DNA from: the human T2T-CHM13v2.0 reference genome, Homo sapiens
Assembly (NCBI RefSeq): GCF_009914755.1
Contig: NC_060925.1
Direction: 5' to 3' (one strand)
DNA: 64,000 nucleotides
Numbering within the stretch: position 1 is the first letter of the stretch; every line of letters begins with the position of its first letter. The notes under the pieces are model-generated. The model was not told the origin of the DNA, ran no database searches, and saw only the letters and a list, made by a program, of their open reading frames with translations. This document shows, one piece after another, positions 13,995 through 28,200 of the stretch. The position numbers and the translations under genes are program-made.

Positions 13995-16629
13995 TAATGC
14001 CTTTTTATCACAAGCATATTATAACTGTAACAAATTCATTGAAATAATAGGAGTCCTTAAGAGGCATGTCATAAAATATGTTTTTCTCCTTACAGTCTCT
14101 TTAAATTTAATCCACAAGCTAATGTTTTTCATTTCCTCATATGGAATCTCAGGGAACTCCTCAAATTTAAATGCCTAGTCCACTGGGATAACTGAAAATT
14201 TAAACTTAATTTAAAGCTAAAATTTCTGCCTTTTCTGGGTGTTGAATTTTGAACTGGGAAGCCTTCATTGGTACCAGTGAAGGTTGACTTATGTATTAGC
14301 TCTTTCAGCAAACACTTTTCTCTCTACTTATTTCAGTGACTGACCCTTCAAGCATTATACTGGGGAGGGAGGGATAGGTGGAGGGAACATCTTGCTTCAT
14401 TGCCACAGTCATGCTCTGGCAATACTGCTTTCAGATGTTGCACACTGAGTCTTTCTTATGCAGGGAGCTTTCATGGCTGCTGAAATAATTCCTTACTCGG
14501 AACTTCTACCACATTTCCTGTGATATGGTTGAATCTGCCTCTAGCTGACAGCTTGTAAAGTTTCCTCCTAATTCTGAGGTTTCAACATTTATCTGGGTCC
14601 CATGTTTTCTAAAGGTCTTATTGGACAAAATGTTATTTTTAAGTGATTCCACAATGACAATTTCTCCTAAATGGTCAATATGTGATCCAAAAGAAAATTT
14701 TGACAATCCTTGCTACCCATAGTCAGTTGAAGTGCTGACATATTTCTCTGTGTACTGGTATTTCAGGCCAGTAACTGCAGATTTCTACATTCAGATTTCT
14801 CAGGTGAGCTCAGATAGCAATCCACTGTGTTCCTTTATCTCCAGCAGATATATATCAATATCTTGAAGCAGTTTTCTACTCTTGGGGAGAGATAAAACAT
14901 TAAGAAAGTCAAGAGCTTCCTCCAAAGATTATATTTCCACCCCTTTTTTCTCAAAATTTTTATTTTTTAAGAGCAGTTCACATATTTTATTCTCTCAGCT
15001 TTTGTGCCTCAACTGAAACTAAGAAAAACTGCCTTTTATGACATTGCTGCATGTTTTTCCTATAGTTTAAGGTGTTATGATGGTGTTTATTGGTAAATAT
15101 TTAGTTCATAAAGTTACCATCTGTATACAGAGTCAAGTAGTTGGCCTGACCAGTGGTATAGCCGTAAATAGTCACCTTAATCACTCTAGATCACATTTTG
15201 CAGCACATGGTTTTTTGAGAATCTGTTGAAAGCTATGTATCTAATGCATGAAACTCTCCTCATGCACATATACAGGAAAAAAAAAACTTGCTTACAATCT
15301 GAGGAGTTTACATAGTATACAAAGTCCATCCCTAAATCCAATTCATGGGAGTACTTGTTCATGGCCAAAGTCATATAATCTATTTAAATTTGCTTTCATC
15401 ATTTCACCTTTTCTTTTTTACTTTTAACAATTTGTTGTAACTTTTTTTTACCTGATTGAAAGGTTATTTATATCATCATGTCACAGAGTTTACATGTTTT
15501 ATAATTTTATTATAACAGCAGGATAGATTAATAGACATCCCTGCTGCTATCTTCTAGATCCCTTTAATGGATTTAATTTCCTTTTTAATATCAAATTTCA
15601 GAAAAATTTACCGCAAGGTAGGCAGAGAAACTATCCTGGTCAAGATAGCATATTCAATTAACTAGAGTATTGCTATTTTATGTCACATTCGTTAAAAATT
15701 TAGGAGAAGGTACTGTGCAGTCTAACATTTGAGGTTTTTAAATACAGAATATGTATACATTAGGAAAACTAAATTCTATACTGTGAAAAGAAATGAAAAG
15801 TAAGCAGGAAGTTTCAGAAATAAACTACACTTAACATCTTGATCAACTTTCATGAAAAGTAGCTGATTTTTGTGTCCAACACTAATGTATAGAATATTTT
15901 CTGCAGCATGCCGACATGAATGTGATTCAAAACATTTTTTTCTATCTTACTATATGGCTCTAGTTTCCTACCATCCTGGCATATAGGTCTCTTGAATTCC
16001 TTTTTTTATTAGTAGAAACAAGAAAGAGTTAAAATTATGTTTAAAAGATATTATAATAATAAACAGTAGAATAATACTTCTACAGGAAAATAATTTGCAG
16101 TGACAAAATGGCCTTGTTTGCCATCATCATACTATAGCCATCATTAATTAAAAAGGCAGTAGAAGATAAACATAAATTTGCCATTCTGTGCACCACATTT
16201 CTTTACTTACAGCTTATAAAGTGGGATCCTATGGAGAATGGTCCTGTACCGGCCTAAGAATCAAAAAAGGTCTTATTTGAAAAGATTATCTCCTTCTTTG
16301 TCCAATGTCTACCATCAAAGTTTTTTTTATTTTCACCTGTTTCATGAAGTATTACCTGATTTCCATTCTTCAAAACACCATAGCATTGTAAGCTTTACTT
16401 ATACTTCTTACTGAGCTCTGACATATTGAGCTGATTATGTACATATCTTATTTTCTCTAATGGACAATCAACAACGTGAAAGGAAGTAATTTATTATACC
16501 GATACATTAACTCCTCCTAAATGTCTTTTATATCCCTGACATTCAGGAGATAACTAATACATGTCTCTTAACTTTAATTGAATAAATGACTTCTTGGTCT
16601 AGCTAAGAAAAACATCTGAAACTACATGT

Positions 16630-19000
16630 GAAAGTGTAGCAATATTTATGTCCCCCATAACAGTAATTAAAAATAACAATGACAATGATAATTTATTTTG
16701 CTCATTAATCTCTTAAATGGGAGAGGGCTTATAAGATTGGCTTGTCTTAACTCCATACAATGTCAACTGAGCTGCTCAACTAGAATTGAGGGACCCACTT
16801 CCATTTGGCTCATTTACACGGCTGGCAAAATGATGCTGATTTGTAGTGGAGCTGAGTCAGGGCTATAGGTTGTGAGAGTCAGTATCTCTCCATGTGGCCC
16901 TTTTCATGGGGTTCTATAAACTTTCTCACAACATCATGACTGGTTTCAAAGACTAAACATTCCAAGAAACAGAAAGAGGAAGCTGCTAGTCTTTTAAGGC
17001 ATAATACCAGCAGGTTGTCTGCTCCTGACACCCAAAAAGACAATGATGTGATGGGCATAGGAATAGCAATGGACATTCCCTTGTGAAAAAGGAGGAAATT
17101 AGACACATCACAGTCATTGGTCCATAGAAATTCTGAAATTCATCTGGACACTGTTGCCAGTCCTATTTTCTGGGAATGAATTCCATGACTCTTAGATCTA
17201 ACCTGTGATGCCATTTCCCCACTTTCTGATCATCCTTTTTTATCTGCAAGACATAGCTACAATTTGCAGACATGTCATTTCTTAGTCTGATACCTCCATG
17301 GAAGAAGTTGAGGGTCCAAAGGTCTATTCATTTCTGTTTGCTCTGTAGCCTTTAGCACATGTTGATAGAATGCCTTTTTAAAACTTGGTGAGTTTCTTAT
17401 GTTTCAGTTTATAAATTAATTCCATTAGATAAAAGTCACATCCATATTCATTTCTTTATTATGGGTCACTTGTGAGGTAGCAGTATTAATAACTGCTGTA
17501 TGGCAATTCCCTTAAGATTCTTAAAAAGACTTATTGCTTAACTTTAAGGAGTCAGGCCCTTAGGATATTTATAAATCTTGTTGGGTATAGCCTAAAATAT
17601 TTCTGAGTTCTAACAAAAAGTATTACAGCTACATTCTTAAGAGGTTTACCCTGAGGCATTGGTTTCCTGATAGCACCTTGGATTTGATTTCTTCCTTGAA
17701 GCCATTTTGTACCTTGAGAGTCTTTGTTGAGAGAGACTGTGCATGAGAAACATCTTTATTTGCAAACCCAACAAGTTTTGTTTCTTTCTGTTTCCTCTAA
17801 ATTCTCAGAAACTTAAGAAACTTTAAAAAATTATGTACTTTTAAATTGACAAATAGTCATTGTTCATATTCCTTAGGTGCATAGTAATATTCTGATATAA
17901 ATAATGTTATAGGGATCAGATCAAGGTAATTAGCATATCATCATCTCAAACATTTATCATTTCTTCATGTTGGGAATGTTCAACACCCTCCTTCTGGCAA
18001 TTTGAATCTATACATTACTGTTAACTATAGTCATCCTACAGTAGCAAAGAACACTGTAACTTATTCCTTTATCTAGCTGTAATTTTGTATCCTTTAGCAA
18101 ATCTCCACCTATCCTTCCCTTTTCTCTACTATTCCCTTCCTCTAGTATCCTGCTGTCTACTCTCTTTTCATATTTTATCATTGGTTGGAATTTTCTATAG
18201 TCTTCCTAGAAATTTACCCAGGAAGATAATGAGATTACTAAATAGTCTATTTTCCAGGCTGTAGCATGTGGTCCTGCTGCCAAACTTTAGAGCAATGGAT
18301 AATAAGTATCCATGTTTTACCTAAGTATGATAACAGTTTCCTCTCTGTCCTTCAAATATTTTTCTCTCTGTGCTTCAAAGCTTTACCAAGAGTTGCCTTA
18401 TGATCCTTTCACCTTTTAGTAAGAGACTCCTTAAGTCCTTATGGATTATTTATACCACCAATTGCAAAATTAATGCCAAATGTTTTAAATGTTGATTATA
18501 ACAGCACCCTGCCTTTAGATACCAAATTCTGTTCTCATTATTTACTGCTGCATAATCAACTCTCTACAACTTTAGTTGCTTAAATGAGCTGTAATTATTT
18601 TGCACACAAGTCTGCAATTTTGGCAGGGCTCAGTGGGGACAGCTGGAATTTGTTCTTTGTCCCAGCAGGTTGGATGATTCAATTGGGGCTGAAGGATTTA
18701 CTTTCAAGATTGCTCACTTATGTGCCTGTTTTATTCGTGTTAGCTATTGGTTGTTTGCTCAGCTGGGGCTATTGGCCAGGAGCCTTGGTTTTTTACCATA
18801 TAGATTCTCCAAGGGCTGTTTGGGCTTCCTCAAAACATGGTTACTAGGGTACAAAAGTAGATGATTCAACACTCCATAAGTAGCAGCTACAAGACTTTAG
18901 AGACTAGGGTTAATAAACGGATACAGTCTTACATTTACTATAATTTATTTGTCAAAGTAGTCACTCTTCCTATCTGGATTCAGGGGAAGGAGGAAGCCAC
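16630..19000. mobile_element. Degraded MLT1-family MaLR LTR/internal sequence, interrupted by an L1MA 3' end (about 17830-18165, -)
   Basis: Two similar LTR-like blocks (about 16680-17000 and 18530-19000; 'ggctcatttacacggctggcaa' and 'tgctcacttatgtgcctg') with degraded sequence between. The L1MA signature is 'tttaaattgacaaatagtcattg...taattagcatatcatcatctcaaacatttatcatttc'. Confidence 0.5.
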
Positions 19001-19064
19001 CAAAAGTTCCTGTCTGGGTTAATCACTTGGGCTTTTCTCTTGTTTTCTCATTGCTGCAGCATCT

Positions 19065-19329
19065 TTTTTTAAAAAAAATTAATTTAATTTAAAGTTCTGG
19101 GATCCATGTGCAGGATGTGCAGGTTTGTTACATAGGTAAACATGTGTCATGGTGGTGTGCTGCACCTATCAACTCATCGCCTAGGTATTAAGCCCAGCTG
19201 CATTAGCTATTTATCCTGATGCTCTCCCTTCCCCTGCCCCTCAACCATAGGCCCCAGTATGTGTTATTTCCCTCCCTGTGTCCATGTATTCTCATTGTTC
19301 AGCTCTGACTTATAAGTGAGAACATGCGG
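19065..19329 (-). mobile_element. L1PA 3'-end fragment (older L1PA)
   Basis: 'catgtgcaggatgtgcaggtttgttacataggtaaacatgtg...tataagtgagaacatgcgg'. Confidence 0.9.
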
Positions 19330-19809
19330 GACATGACTTATACGAGAGCAGTTCACGTGAGCACCTTAGAGAGACGTCCATGCATGTCTAGCATTTGACC
19401 CATTTCCAGCCCAAGTGGATGGACTCACTGTCAGAAAGAATCGATATGTGAGCTGAAATGGGGAGAAAGCTGATGGGCTTTGTGAAAACCTACATGAAGG
19501 CATTGTCACACTTTTCTCTATAACCCAAACTGTATTCATATACTGAGGAAATATTTACCAAATTCACATTATATTCCAGAAGCAAACCTGTTTCTAATGT
19601 ATCTGAAAGATTCTGCCATTCTAATATTCTGTCCTCTATTCTTTATATCTTCTTCTCTTTTAGCTTTCAGAAATAGGAATGTGTAGCAGCATAAAAAAGA
19701 ATACTTTTCTTCAACTTCAGAACGAAACTCTAGAGGCACTATGTAGGGAAATTCAAAGGAGATAGTTTCATTGATGTATATTTTAACAAATGTTGCCTGG
19801 AGAATCTCC

Positions 19810-20097
19810 ACATCTCTGACTCCTTAGAGAATTTCCAAGAGGAAGTCAACTAATCCCCATGAATAATAGGGCTTTTTCTTTGGCCAATGAATTCTCATAG
19901 TGTATTATCATGGTTCCACATGCTAATTAGAAAAATTATGGACAAGTATTGGGCACAATGTGGTAATTAGCTCCCTGTGGAGATGGCGAGCTCACTTACC
20001 AACCAAGGCATTGAGACCATGGCTAATGTAAAAAGGAAAGGCCATTGATGACACCCATTGAGGCACTACCTAAAGCACCCATGGAGACAGGGCACAG
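19810..20097 (+). promoter_or_regulatory. OR10R3P: Putative promoter and non-coding exon 1 of OR10R3P
   Basis: CAACTAAT 19847-19854, TGCTAATTAG 19921-19930, TAATTAGCTCCCTGTGGA at about 19964-19981, and donor CAG/GTAACA at 20097/20098. Colinear with the OR10R2 module. Confidence 0.6.
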
Positions 20098-21053
20098 GTA
20101 ACATTTTTCTCTGGAGTAATGCTATTTTCTTATTTTGGTCTTGGGAGTTCCTGAAAGATGAAGAAGAACCCTGAGGCATCATGACAGGGAAGGCAATTTT
20201 GGCAAATTTCACTTAGAAACCCTTTACAGAAGTTTCTAGGAAATGCCTGAGAATGAATTAACTGGCAGGTTACAAGGCACTAGAACTCTGATTTGAAGAA
20301 ATGTAAAATTTTAATTTTTATTTAGAGACCTTGATTTTTTTATTAAGAAGACCAGTGACAGTCATTTATTTGTATGTCAAATTTAAAAATTGTTGAGTTT
20401 TTCCATGAGCTAGTGATCTGTTTATCCCTAGTTATTAGTAATGAAAAATAGAAATTGTGACCAAATGACAGAAAGCAAAGCTGAATAGTGAAGAAAATAA
20501 GGATAAAAATTGAGACCAAGGCCAAGACAAAGGCAGAGACTCAGGCTAAGTCTTGATTATTTCATAGGGTGGAGGTAGTATTAGTTTTGGAAAGAAAGAA
20601 TAAAAAATTTACAGTAAACATAGAATGTATAAGGAAGACAGAAGTGTTTCTCACTTAAGAGGCACATGGTAGTGCCTCTTAGGGAAACCAAGTTACTACA
20701 AAATAAACTAATTGGAATTATTATTAATTCATTAATAGACATTTATTTTTTCATCAAGTATCCATATCTCATTTATTTAAATATTGGATAAAGTTGAGGA
20801 TACAAAGGGAATAAGATGAGGCATTTATCCTTGGGACTCTTAAATCTATTGGAGAGACCAATAGGAAAAAAAAATTAGATATAACATGTTGAGTATTTTG
20901 ATGAAGACATACTAGACAAGCTTTAGATTACTAAGAAGGGAACAGCACACCCTCCCTAGACATATTGGAGAAAGTTCAATAATTGATGACTCAAAAAATG
21001 TGAGGAATGAGTGGGCCATACATGAAGAGGAAATGATATTGGAGGCTGAGATC

Positions 21054-21067
21054 GCTCTCTCTCTCTG

Positions 21068-21100
<33 letters not shown>
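21054..21100. repeat. (TC)n/(TCTG) microsatellite
   Basis: Read directly from the sequence. Confidence 0.9.
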
Positions 21101-23603
21101 TCCAGTGGAATCTTGAGACACAAGGGCATATAATGGAAACTGTATTTCAGTACAATTCCTGTGTGATGAAAACTTAGAGGATTAGATTGTAAATGTATGT
21201 GAGACAGAGAATCAGATGTCCTATGATTCAGCTTAAGGAATTCTGACTTTACCTGTAGATGATGAAGAGTTACTAAGCGGTATAATGTGAAAATATCAAT
21301 TCACAATTTCTACTTGTTAAGAAGGTGATCTAGTTACTCTATTTTTCTTCTTTTCTTTTTCTCTCTCTTTCTCATTTTTCTAAGCTTTTCTTTCAACCTG
21401 TAATGCCTTGCCTTCCAAACTCATGTCACTATCTCCTATTTAGCAGTTACTTTAAGCAGTATCCTAGACTGAGTTAAGTAAAGTCAAAGATTTCCATAGT
21501 AAATTTTATTTTTCACTATTAGTTCCACATAGGTTCCAAGGATGAGTTTGAAAGAACAGATGGTTGATGGGGTAGGAGTTATAGAGTAAATACTGAGTAA
21601 TGTGACCTTACTTTTCATTCAGGTGCACCAACTTTATTTGCTTACTTTGTCACTATTAATACTGGCGATGAGCCTGTAAGTGAGAAAACACTCCAAGAAA
21701 GGATATATGGAAAGTGGAAAGGCATAGAAGATGTCTCAGGAAGAATGTTAGTGAGGACTCTGTTTTGGTCAAATGCATGGTGTATATTCTTTATTTATAA
21801 AGCTTAGAGATAAGGCCATTCAAAGATGTATAGAGATAGAAAATAAAACTCTTGGTTCTAGTCCCATTTCAAAATTTTATTAAACATTTGCCTAAGCAAA
21901 ACAGCAAATATTGATAGCAATTTAGTTATTTGTAAAGGATTTGAAGCCCCTAAATCAAGTGTTTCTAAAATTAAAATAAAAAGTTTAGCTAGTGAGATAA
22001 CGGAGGAAACTATTTGATCATCAGAAATGATAAATAAGATAGCAACATTTTTTACGGGATTTTTTGCTCTGCATTCAGAGAATAATATCAGAGAGATTTT
22101 TCATCCCAAAATGTTGAAGCAGAGTGTAATATTACAGGCTAGGTTGATATTAAGGTAACAAGTTTTGAAAATCCCTGGAATCAAATATCATCTACTTGAG
22201 AGTTTTGAAATGATTTAGAAAATAAAGTGATATCATTGGTCATTTATTTTTTTAACAGGCTTTGAAGCACTTAGTATATATTGGGCATCATTGTGTGTTT
22301 TTGAGATGCAGTTTCTGTTATTTGGTAAGTTATAATTTGTAGAGTCAAAGACATTCTTATAATAATAGTTTGTGGCAAAGCAGGTAAGATTCTAGTGATT
22401 ACTCAGGAAATCCAGAAAAAATGGTGCAGCATGATTAGGAAGCTGTAGGAAGGATTCTATGAGTAAAGTCATTTTAAATGAAAAGTAAAAGGAGACCACA
22501 AAATCAGAAGCAGAAAAACAATAAGTATAAAGCAGAGACTATTTACAGATATAGAAAGTAGTATGAAAAATGACTTGGTTGTGTAAAAATTCTCACTGCT
22601 AAAGTACATATGAAGGAATCTATAATGGCAGTTATGAGTGAAAAGGTGAAACTGGGAAAAGTGTGAAAAACCTAGAATATTTTATAGGTAACAGAGTCAG
22701 TTGTTGTGGTAATATGATAGGATTTGTTCTATAGAAAGACAATTCTGCTGCTATTATGAAGGATTACTCAGAGTGGAAGAGAGAATCTGGGCAGTTCATT
22801 TATAACACTATAGTCCAGGGAAGGGATAATTGCTTGCAAAAGATAAGAATGAATCCTAAAAGTGAAAAAAAATAGATTGAATGTGGAGGATTAGAAAAAT
22901 GGTGAGTTTAAACACGTCTTAGAAATTTACAGCTTAGATGGCTTAAGAGTATTTTGAAACTATTTATTGAGATACAGAATCTAGATAAAAGAACACATTT
23001 AGGCAAGAGGTAGCACAGAATAAGAATGTTTTGATTAAAATGTATATAATTCAGTACCAGCAATGATAAATATGTTGGAGGCCTTAGGGAAGATATCTGA
23101 GCCCACTTATTCAGAAATTTAGAGACAGCTCCTTGGAATGACAGCCTTTTGGGCCTCCAAGTCAGGTACATCAAGGATAGGACATAAAACAATGGGCAAC
23201 AAGTGAATGCTGAAGCAAAACTAAAGATTCTAGCTATGTCTTTTCTGTAAGGAGAAATCAGGCCTATAATTTTGTAAGAGTTTGTAGAATAATCATAAAG
23301 CTAGTCCTAAAACAATAGCAATAGTTCAAAACCAATTTATTTGTAACAAATGAATGCATAAAAATTGGTTATATAATTAGTTGTAAAAGGGAACTGTGCT
23401 CTTTAAGTAACACAAAGATCAATGGATGTTTCTCTAGATGGGGAAGGTATTAAAAACAGGTGTAGAAATGTGAATTGTCAGACATTGGTGCTATTGCTTA
23501 TTCATGCTATCGCTTATTGACATATGTATCAGTAATCAGGATAAAAGTGTGACCGTTGAAAATAATAATTAATATAGATAAAGGATTTTATAGCATTAGA
23601 TTA

Positions 23604-23990
23604 CAAGAATCCCCTCTAGTCTGCAGGGAATATATTCCAAGACTCCAATGGATGTCTGAAACTGAACAGTACTGAACCCTAAATATACTATGATTTTTTT
23701 CTATAATACATGTCCATGATAAAGCTTAATTTATAAATTAGGCATAGTAGGATATTAACAACAATAACTAATAATAAAATAGATCAACAATAACATTATA
23801 TCAGCATCACTACTCTTGAGCTTTGGAGCCATTATTAAGGAAAATAAAGGTTACTTGAGCACTAATTTGGTGATACCATGACAGTTGATCTAATAACTGG
23901 ACGGCTTCTGAGTGACTAATGGATAATAGCATATACAGTCTGGATACACTGCACAAAGGGATGATTCTTATCCTGGGCAGGAAGGAGCAA
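23604..23990 (+). mobile_element. MER44-type (Tigger7 family) DNA transposon fragment
   Basis: 'atattccaagactccaatggatgtctgaaac...gataaagcttaatttataaattaggcatagtaggatattaacaacaataactaataataaaatag...ctgcacaaagggatgattc' matches the recalled MER44B consensus. Confidence 0.8.
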
Positions 23991-24296
23991 GAAAGTCTCC
24001 AAGTAGGGGACCTAATAGATAGGCTTTATTTGAGCAAATGACTGTACACTTCATGTGTACATTTGTCCCCAGATTCACTGCTAAAATCAACAGCAGAAAA
24101 ATAGGAGTTTGAATGCATACCAATTTAGAAGAACTTCTGGTTAAATTTACAATTCTTTTTTCTCTCCCATGCTTGTTGTTTCTCATCCAAACAAGACTGG
24201 CATAGCTACTTTATGAGGGTAGGTCTCCCTGAATTTTAAGTTCCAAAGATCTCTGGACCTGATCATATTGACTTTATTCCGTGGGATCAACTCTTC

Positions 24297-25238
24297 ATGG
24301 CCAATTCTTCCTCTGTCACTGAGTTCTTAGTGCTGGGCTTCTCTAGCCTTGGGGAATTGCAGCTTGTCCTCTTTGCAGTCTTTCTCTGCCTCTATTTGAT
24401 TATCTTGAGTGGAAACATCATCATCATCTCAGTCATTCATTTGGATCACAGCCTCCACACACCCATGTACTTCTTTCTAGGTATTCTTTCTATCTCTGAA
24501 ATCTTCTACACAACTGTTATTCTGCCCAAGATGCTTATCAACTTATTCTCTGTATTCAGGACACTCTCCTTTGTGAGTTGTGCCACCCAAATGTTCTTCT
24601 TCCTCGGTTTTGCTGTCACTAACTGTCTGCTTCTGGGAGTGATGGGTTATGATCGTTATGCTGCCATCTGTCAGCCTTTGCAATACGCTGTTCTCATGAG
24701 CTGGAGAGTATGTGGACAACTGATAGCAACTTGTATTATTAGTGGCTTCCTAATATCTCTGGTGGGAACAACTTTTGTCTTTAGCCTCCCTTTCTGTGGC
24801 TCCAACAAGGTCAACCACTACTTTTGTGATATTTCACCAGTTATCCGTCTCGCCTGTGCTGACAGCTACATCAGTGAACTGGTCATCTTCATCTTCGGGG
24901 TCTTGGTGCTTGTTGTGCCCTTGATATTTATCTGCATTTCCTATGGCTTCATTGTCCGCACCATCCTGAAGATCCCATCAGCTGAAGGCAAACAAAAAGC
25001 CTTCTCCACCTGTGCTTCCCATCTCATTGTAGTCATTGTCCATTATGGTTGAGCTTCCTTTGTCTACTTGCGACCCTCAGCCAAATATACATCGGGCAAA
25101 GATAGGCTGGTGACAGTGACCTATACCATCATCACCCCAGTCTTGAACCCCATGGTATACAGCCTCAGGAACAACGATGTGCAGATGGCTATTCGGAAAC
25201 TGATTGGAAAGTCTGGGTTTTCTCTTAAGACTCTATGA
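24297..25238 (+). pseudogene. OR10R3P: OR10R paralogue with one premature stop (TGA 25050-25052) in an otherwise intact 313-codon frame
   Basis: 251-aa ORF with OR motifs. After the TGA the same frame continues ASFVYLRPSAKYTSGKDRLVTVTYTIITPVLNPMVYSLRNNDVQMAIRKLIGKSGFSLKTL* to 25238. Symbol recalled from gene order. Confidence 0.92.
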
Positions 25239-28200
25239 GCAGAATACTTTCTAACAGTATGGACACCATTAGAACAATTGTGTCACGATTATTTAAACCA
25301 TGAGATTATCTAGTCTATTTATCTAACTAACTGCGAGGCCTTGGATTAATTGTTTGACATTTGGGGCCTACATGTTCTATGTAAAGCAGAGATAGCAATA
25401 TTTTCTTCCTGGAGTCATTGTAATTAAGATAGATTACAAAATATCTGGCAATAAAACATAACTCTCCTCCTCTTTCTCTTCTTCCTCTGAATTTAAAGTC
25501 CTCAAAAGGGTCTTAGCAACCATCATTTTTTGCCCTATATTTGTCTTGCTTGACCAAGATCTCTGATTGCACTCTGTTTAAGGTTATGTCCAGCTTAAAA
25601 TGAGGTGTCCAGGCCTGAAGGTGGCTTAGATCTAGTGGTATGACATGGCAGGGAAAACTGTACCATACAGGTAATTAGATGATTTAAAACTGGACACTGG
25701 TTAGGTCATGACTGAAGCGTTGACTCTTCTCTGAATCTAAATTCTAATATATGGAAGGTAGGGATAATGTAATTTCCCTGTTTTACTTCATGGGGGCTTT
25801 ATTTGTATCTTATAAATAGTATAAAAGAAAGTGTAAAAGCAGTGCAAAATGTGAAACCATATACAATGTAGAGCTCATTTCAAACATGCTTTCCATAACT
25901 GAGAGGATTTTATTTCTTTCAAGGTCCTCAAAACAGGTATTTTGGAATGGCTTTTCTGACTGCTCCTTTGAACCACTTCTTATGCAATGTAGAAGTTTTG
26001 CTATGTAACATAGAAGTTATGCTTCATAATGGAATGGAAAACAATATTCAACCATTCCGTCCCATCTTGGGCTAAAGGTATCTACGTGGCTTTCCACACT
26101 GAATTTATTAGGAAGAGGAAGATACCCAGCTTCAAATTTATCATGGGAATATATAAGATTTGAGAGAGAAGTATCTTGGTGATCATCTGGTCCAACCTCT
26201 CACCTGTACAGAAATTTCTTCATCAGTATCTCTAAGGGAAACCCTTCTCCACTGATTGGGCATCAACGACCTCATAAAATGTATATTCCCGTTGCACTCA
26301 GCTCATACTATTATCCCCTCTCATTTCAGCTGAAGTTTGCCTCTGCTTTTCATGCATTCTATCTCTTGTGTCATACAGTAAGTCGAGTCCTGATTCACAG
26401 ATGTTTGAGACAGTTATGATGACAGTCTGAACATTTTCCATAATTTATGTGACCTGAATTTCAGATGCCTCACTATCCTGGGTGCAGTTCTCTAGCTATG
26501 CTGTAGATTATCAGTATTCTTTTAAAATAATAATAAATAAAACTGAAGTTCATATTTCATATGCAGCCTCTTTTTTCTGGGACATAATATAACTGTATTC
26601 TTTCCTGTTAACCTTATTTAGATTTTCAAATTAAAATGTGTCAAATCACAAATAATGTTTTCTTATATTTAAAAATTATAACCTCTGTTCCAATTTTTAT
26701 CTCCCTTTTCCAGTTTTTGGCCTAGGTATTTTTATTTATTTTCATTTTACTTCATTTCATTTTCATGGTTAAATAATTAAGGCATTTCAAGTACAACATT
26801 GGTTATTGCCATTGTTTTCTTCTGTTCTTTTTTTTTCTAATGGGTTTATATTTCTCATTTATTGACCAAATGTTATTTAGGAATGGAGTGTTTATGTATT
26901 ATAGATATATTCTTGCTGATATTTAAATAACTTCTGTTATTTATTTCTAGTTTTGTTTGTGGGAGAATGTGATTGACAGTTCTATTTTTACAAATTATTA
27001 TGTTTTATTAGTGGTTTCTTATGAATTATGCCCAGTGAAGCACATTCATTTAGATTAAAATTTTGGTATGTGTAGATGTTATATTTATTTTATGAATTAA
27101 ATTTAATTAAACTATTTTAGCACACTATATTGTTATTGGTGTGTATATAACCTGTCATGGTTTCATAGTGCCAAATTAAAATGCTTTACTGCATTTTAGA
27201 GCTTATTAGAGTTTTATACACTTCTAACAACATTGATGTTGAATTTTGTTGTGAAATCTTTTATTACATACTAAATAAACCTCTTGGGATTTAACATGTA
27301 TTTCTACCTATAAATGCACTAAAATAATAGTAGGTGTATTAAAAAATACATATAAGCCCTCATCAAGAAGGTAAACAGGAGAGAACAACACAGGGCAGAC
27401 ATCAAAACAATTATAGAAGCAAAAATAAAAAGGATGATTGACATGGTTGTAAGAGAAAGAGAGAAAGTTGAAAACATACCTGCAAAACGGGGAAGCCAAC
27501 CAGTTCACAACACCAAACTGTATCTGGACATTCTTGTCACAATTGGGTCACCAAGATGACATTGGAAAGAGTAAGATTGGCTTAATATCTGAATAAGGAA
27601 CTCGACTTCTCCATCAGTGCTTCTCAAATCATCTGCAGTAAAGAACCAGTTTCTTTTTACATTTCATAGAAGGCCAATACTTCAGTAAAATATGATAAAA
27701 ATCAACTACTAGAAAAACGAAATGAAAAGCACCTGAGCTATTCTATATTCTGCTCCAAAAATGTGTCTGATTATGTGCTTGTATGTTTCAGTAATACCAA
27801 ATTTTATAATAGTTGCTTACCACTGGTAAGTAACACAAATATAATTTAGTTTCTATACCTGTCTCATTACAAGCCAATAACAAAAAGCTCATAGATCATC
27901 ACTAGACTGCCAACTCCCAACGGAGTAGCATTGCTTTGTATCTGTTGAATGCCAGTTTAAGATTGGAGGTTAAGTTTTACAGCAGTTAAACTAAGGACTT
28001 CTGACTTCAAACACTCGGTAGAACAGAGGCAAATGTAAGGGGCTATACTTCAAGCAGAGGATTAAATGTGAATGCTTTCATACTATGAGGCAGCACCAGC
28101 CTCTTTCCCAACACTCAGACCCCAGATTGACAGCCAGTCTTACACCTTTCACTTAGGTAGTAGGAGTGTTTCTTTCTGGAGAAGGTAATGAGAAGTTATG

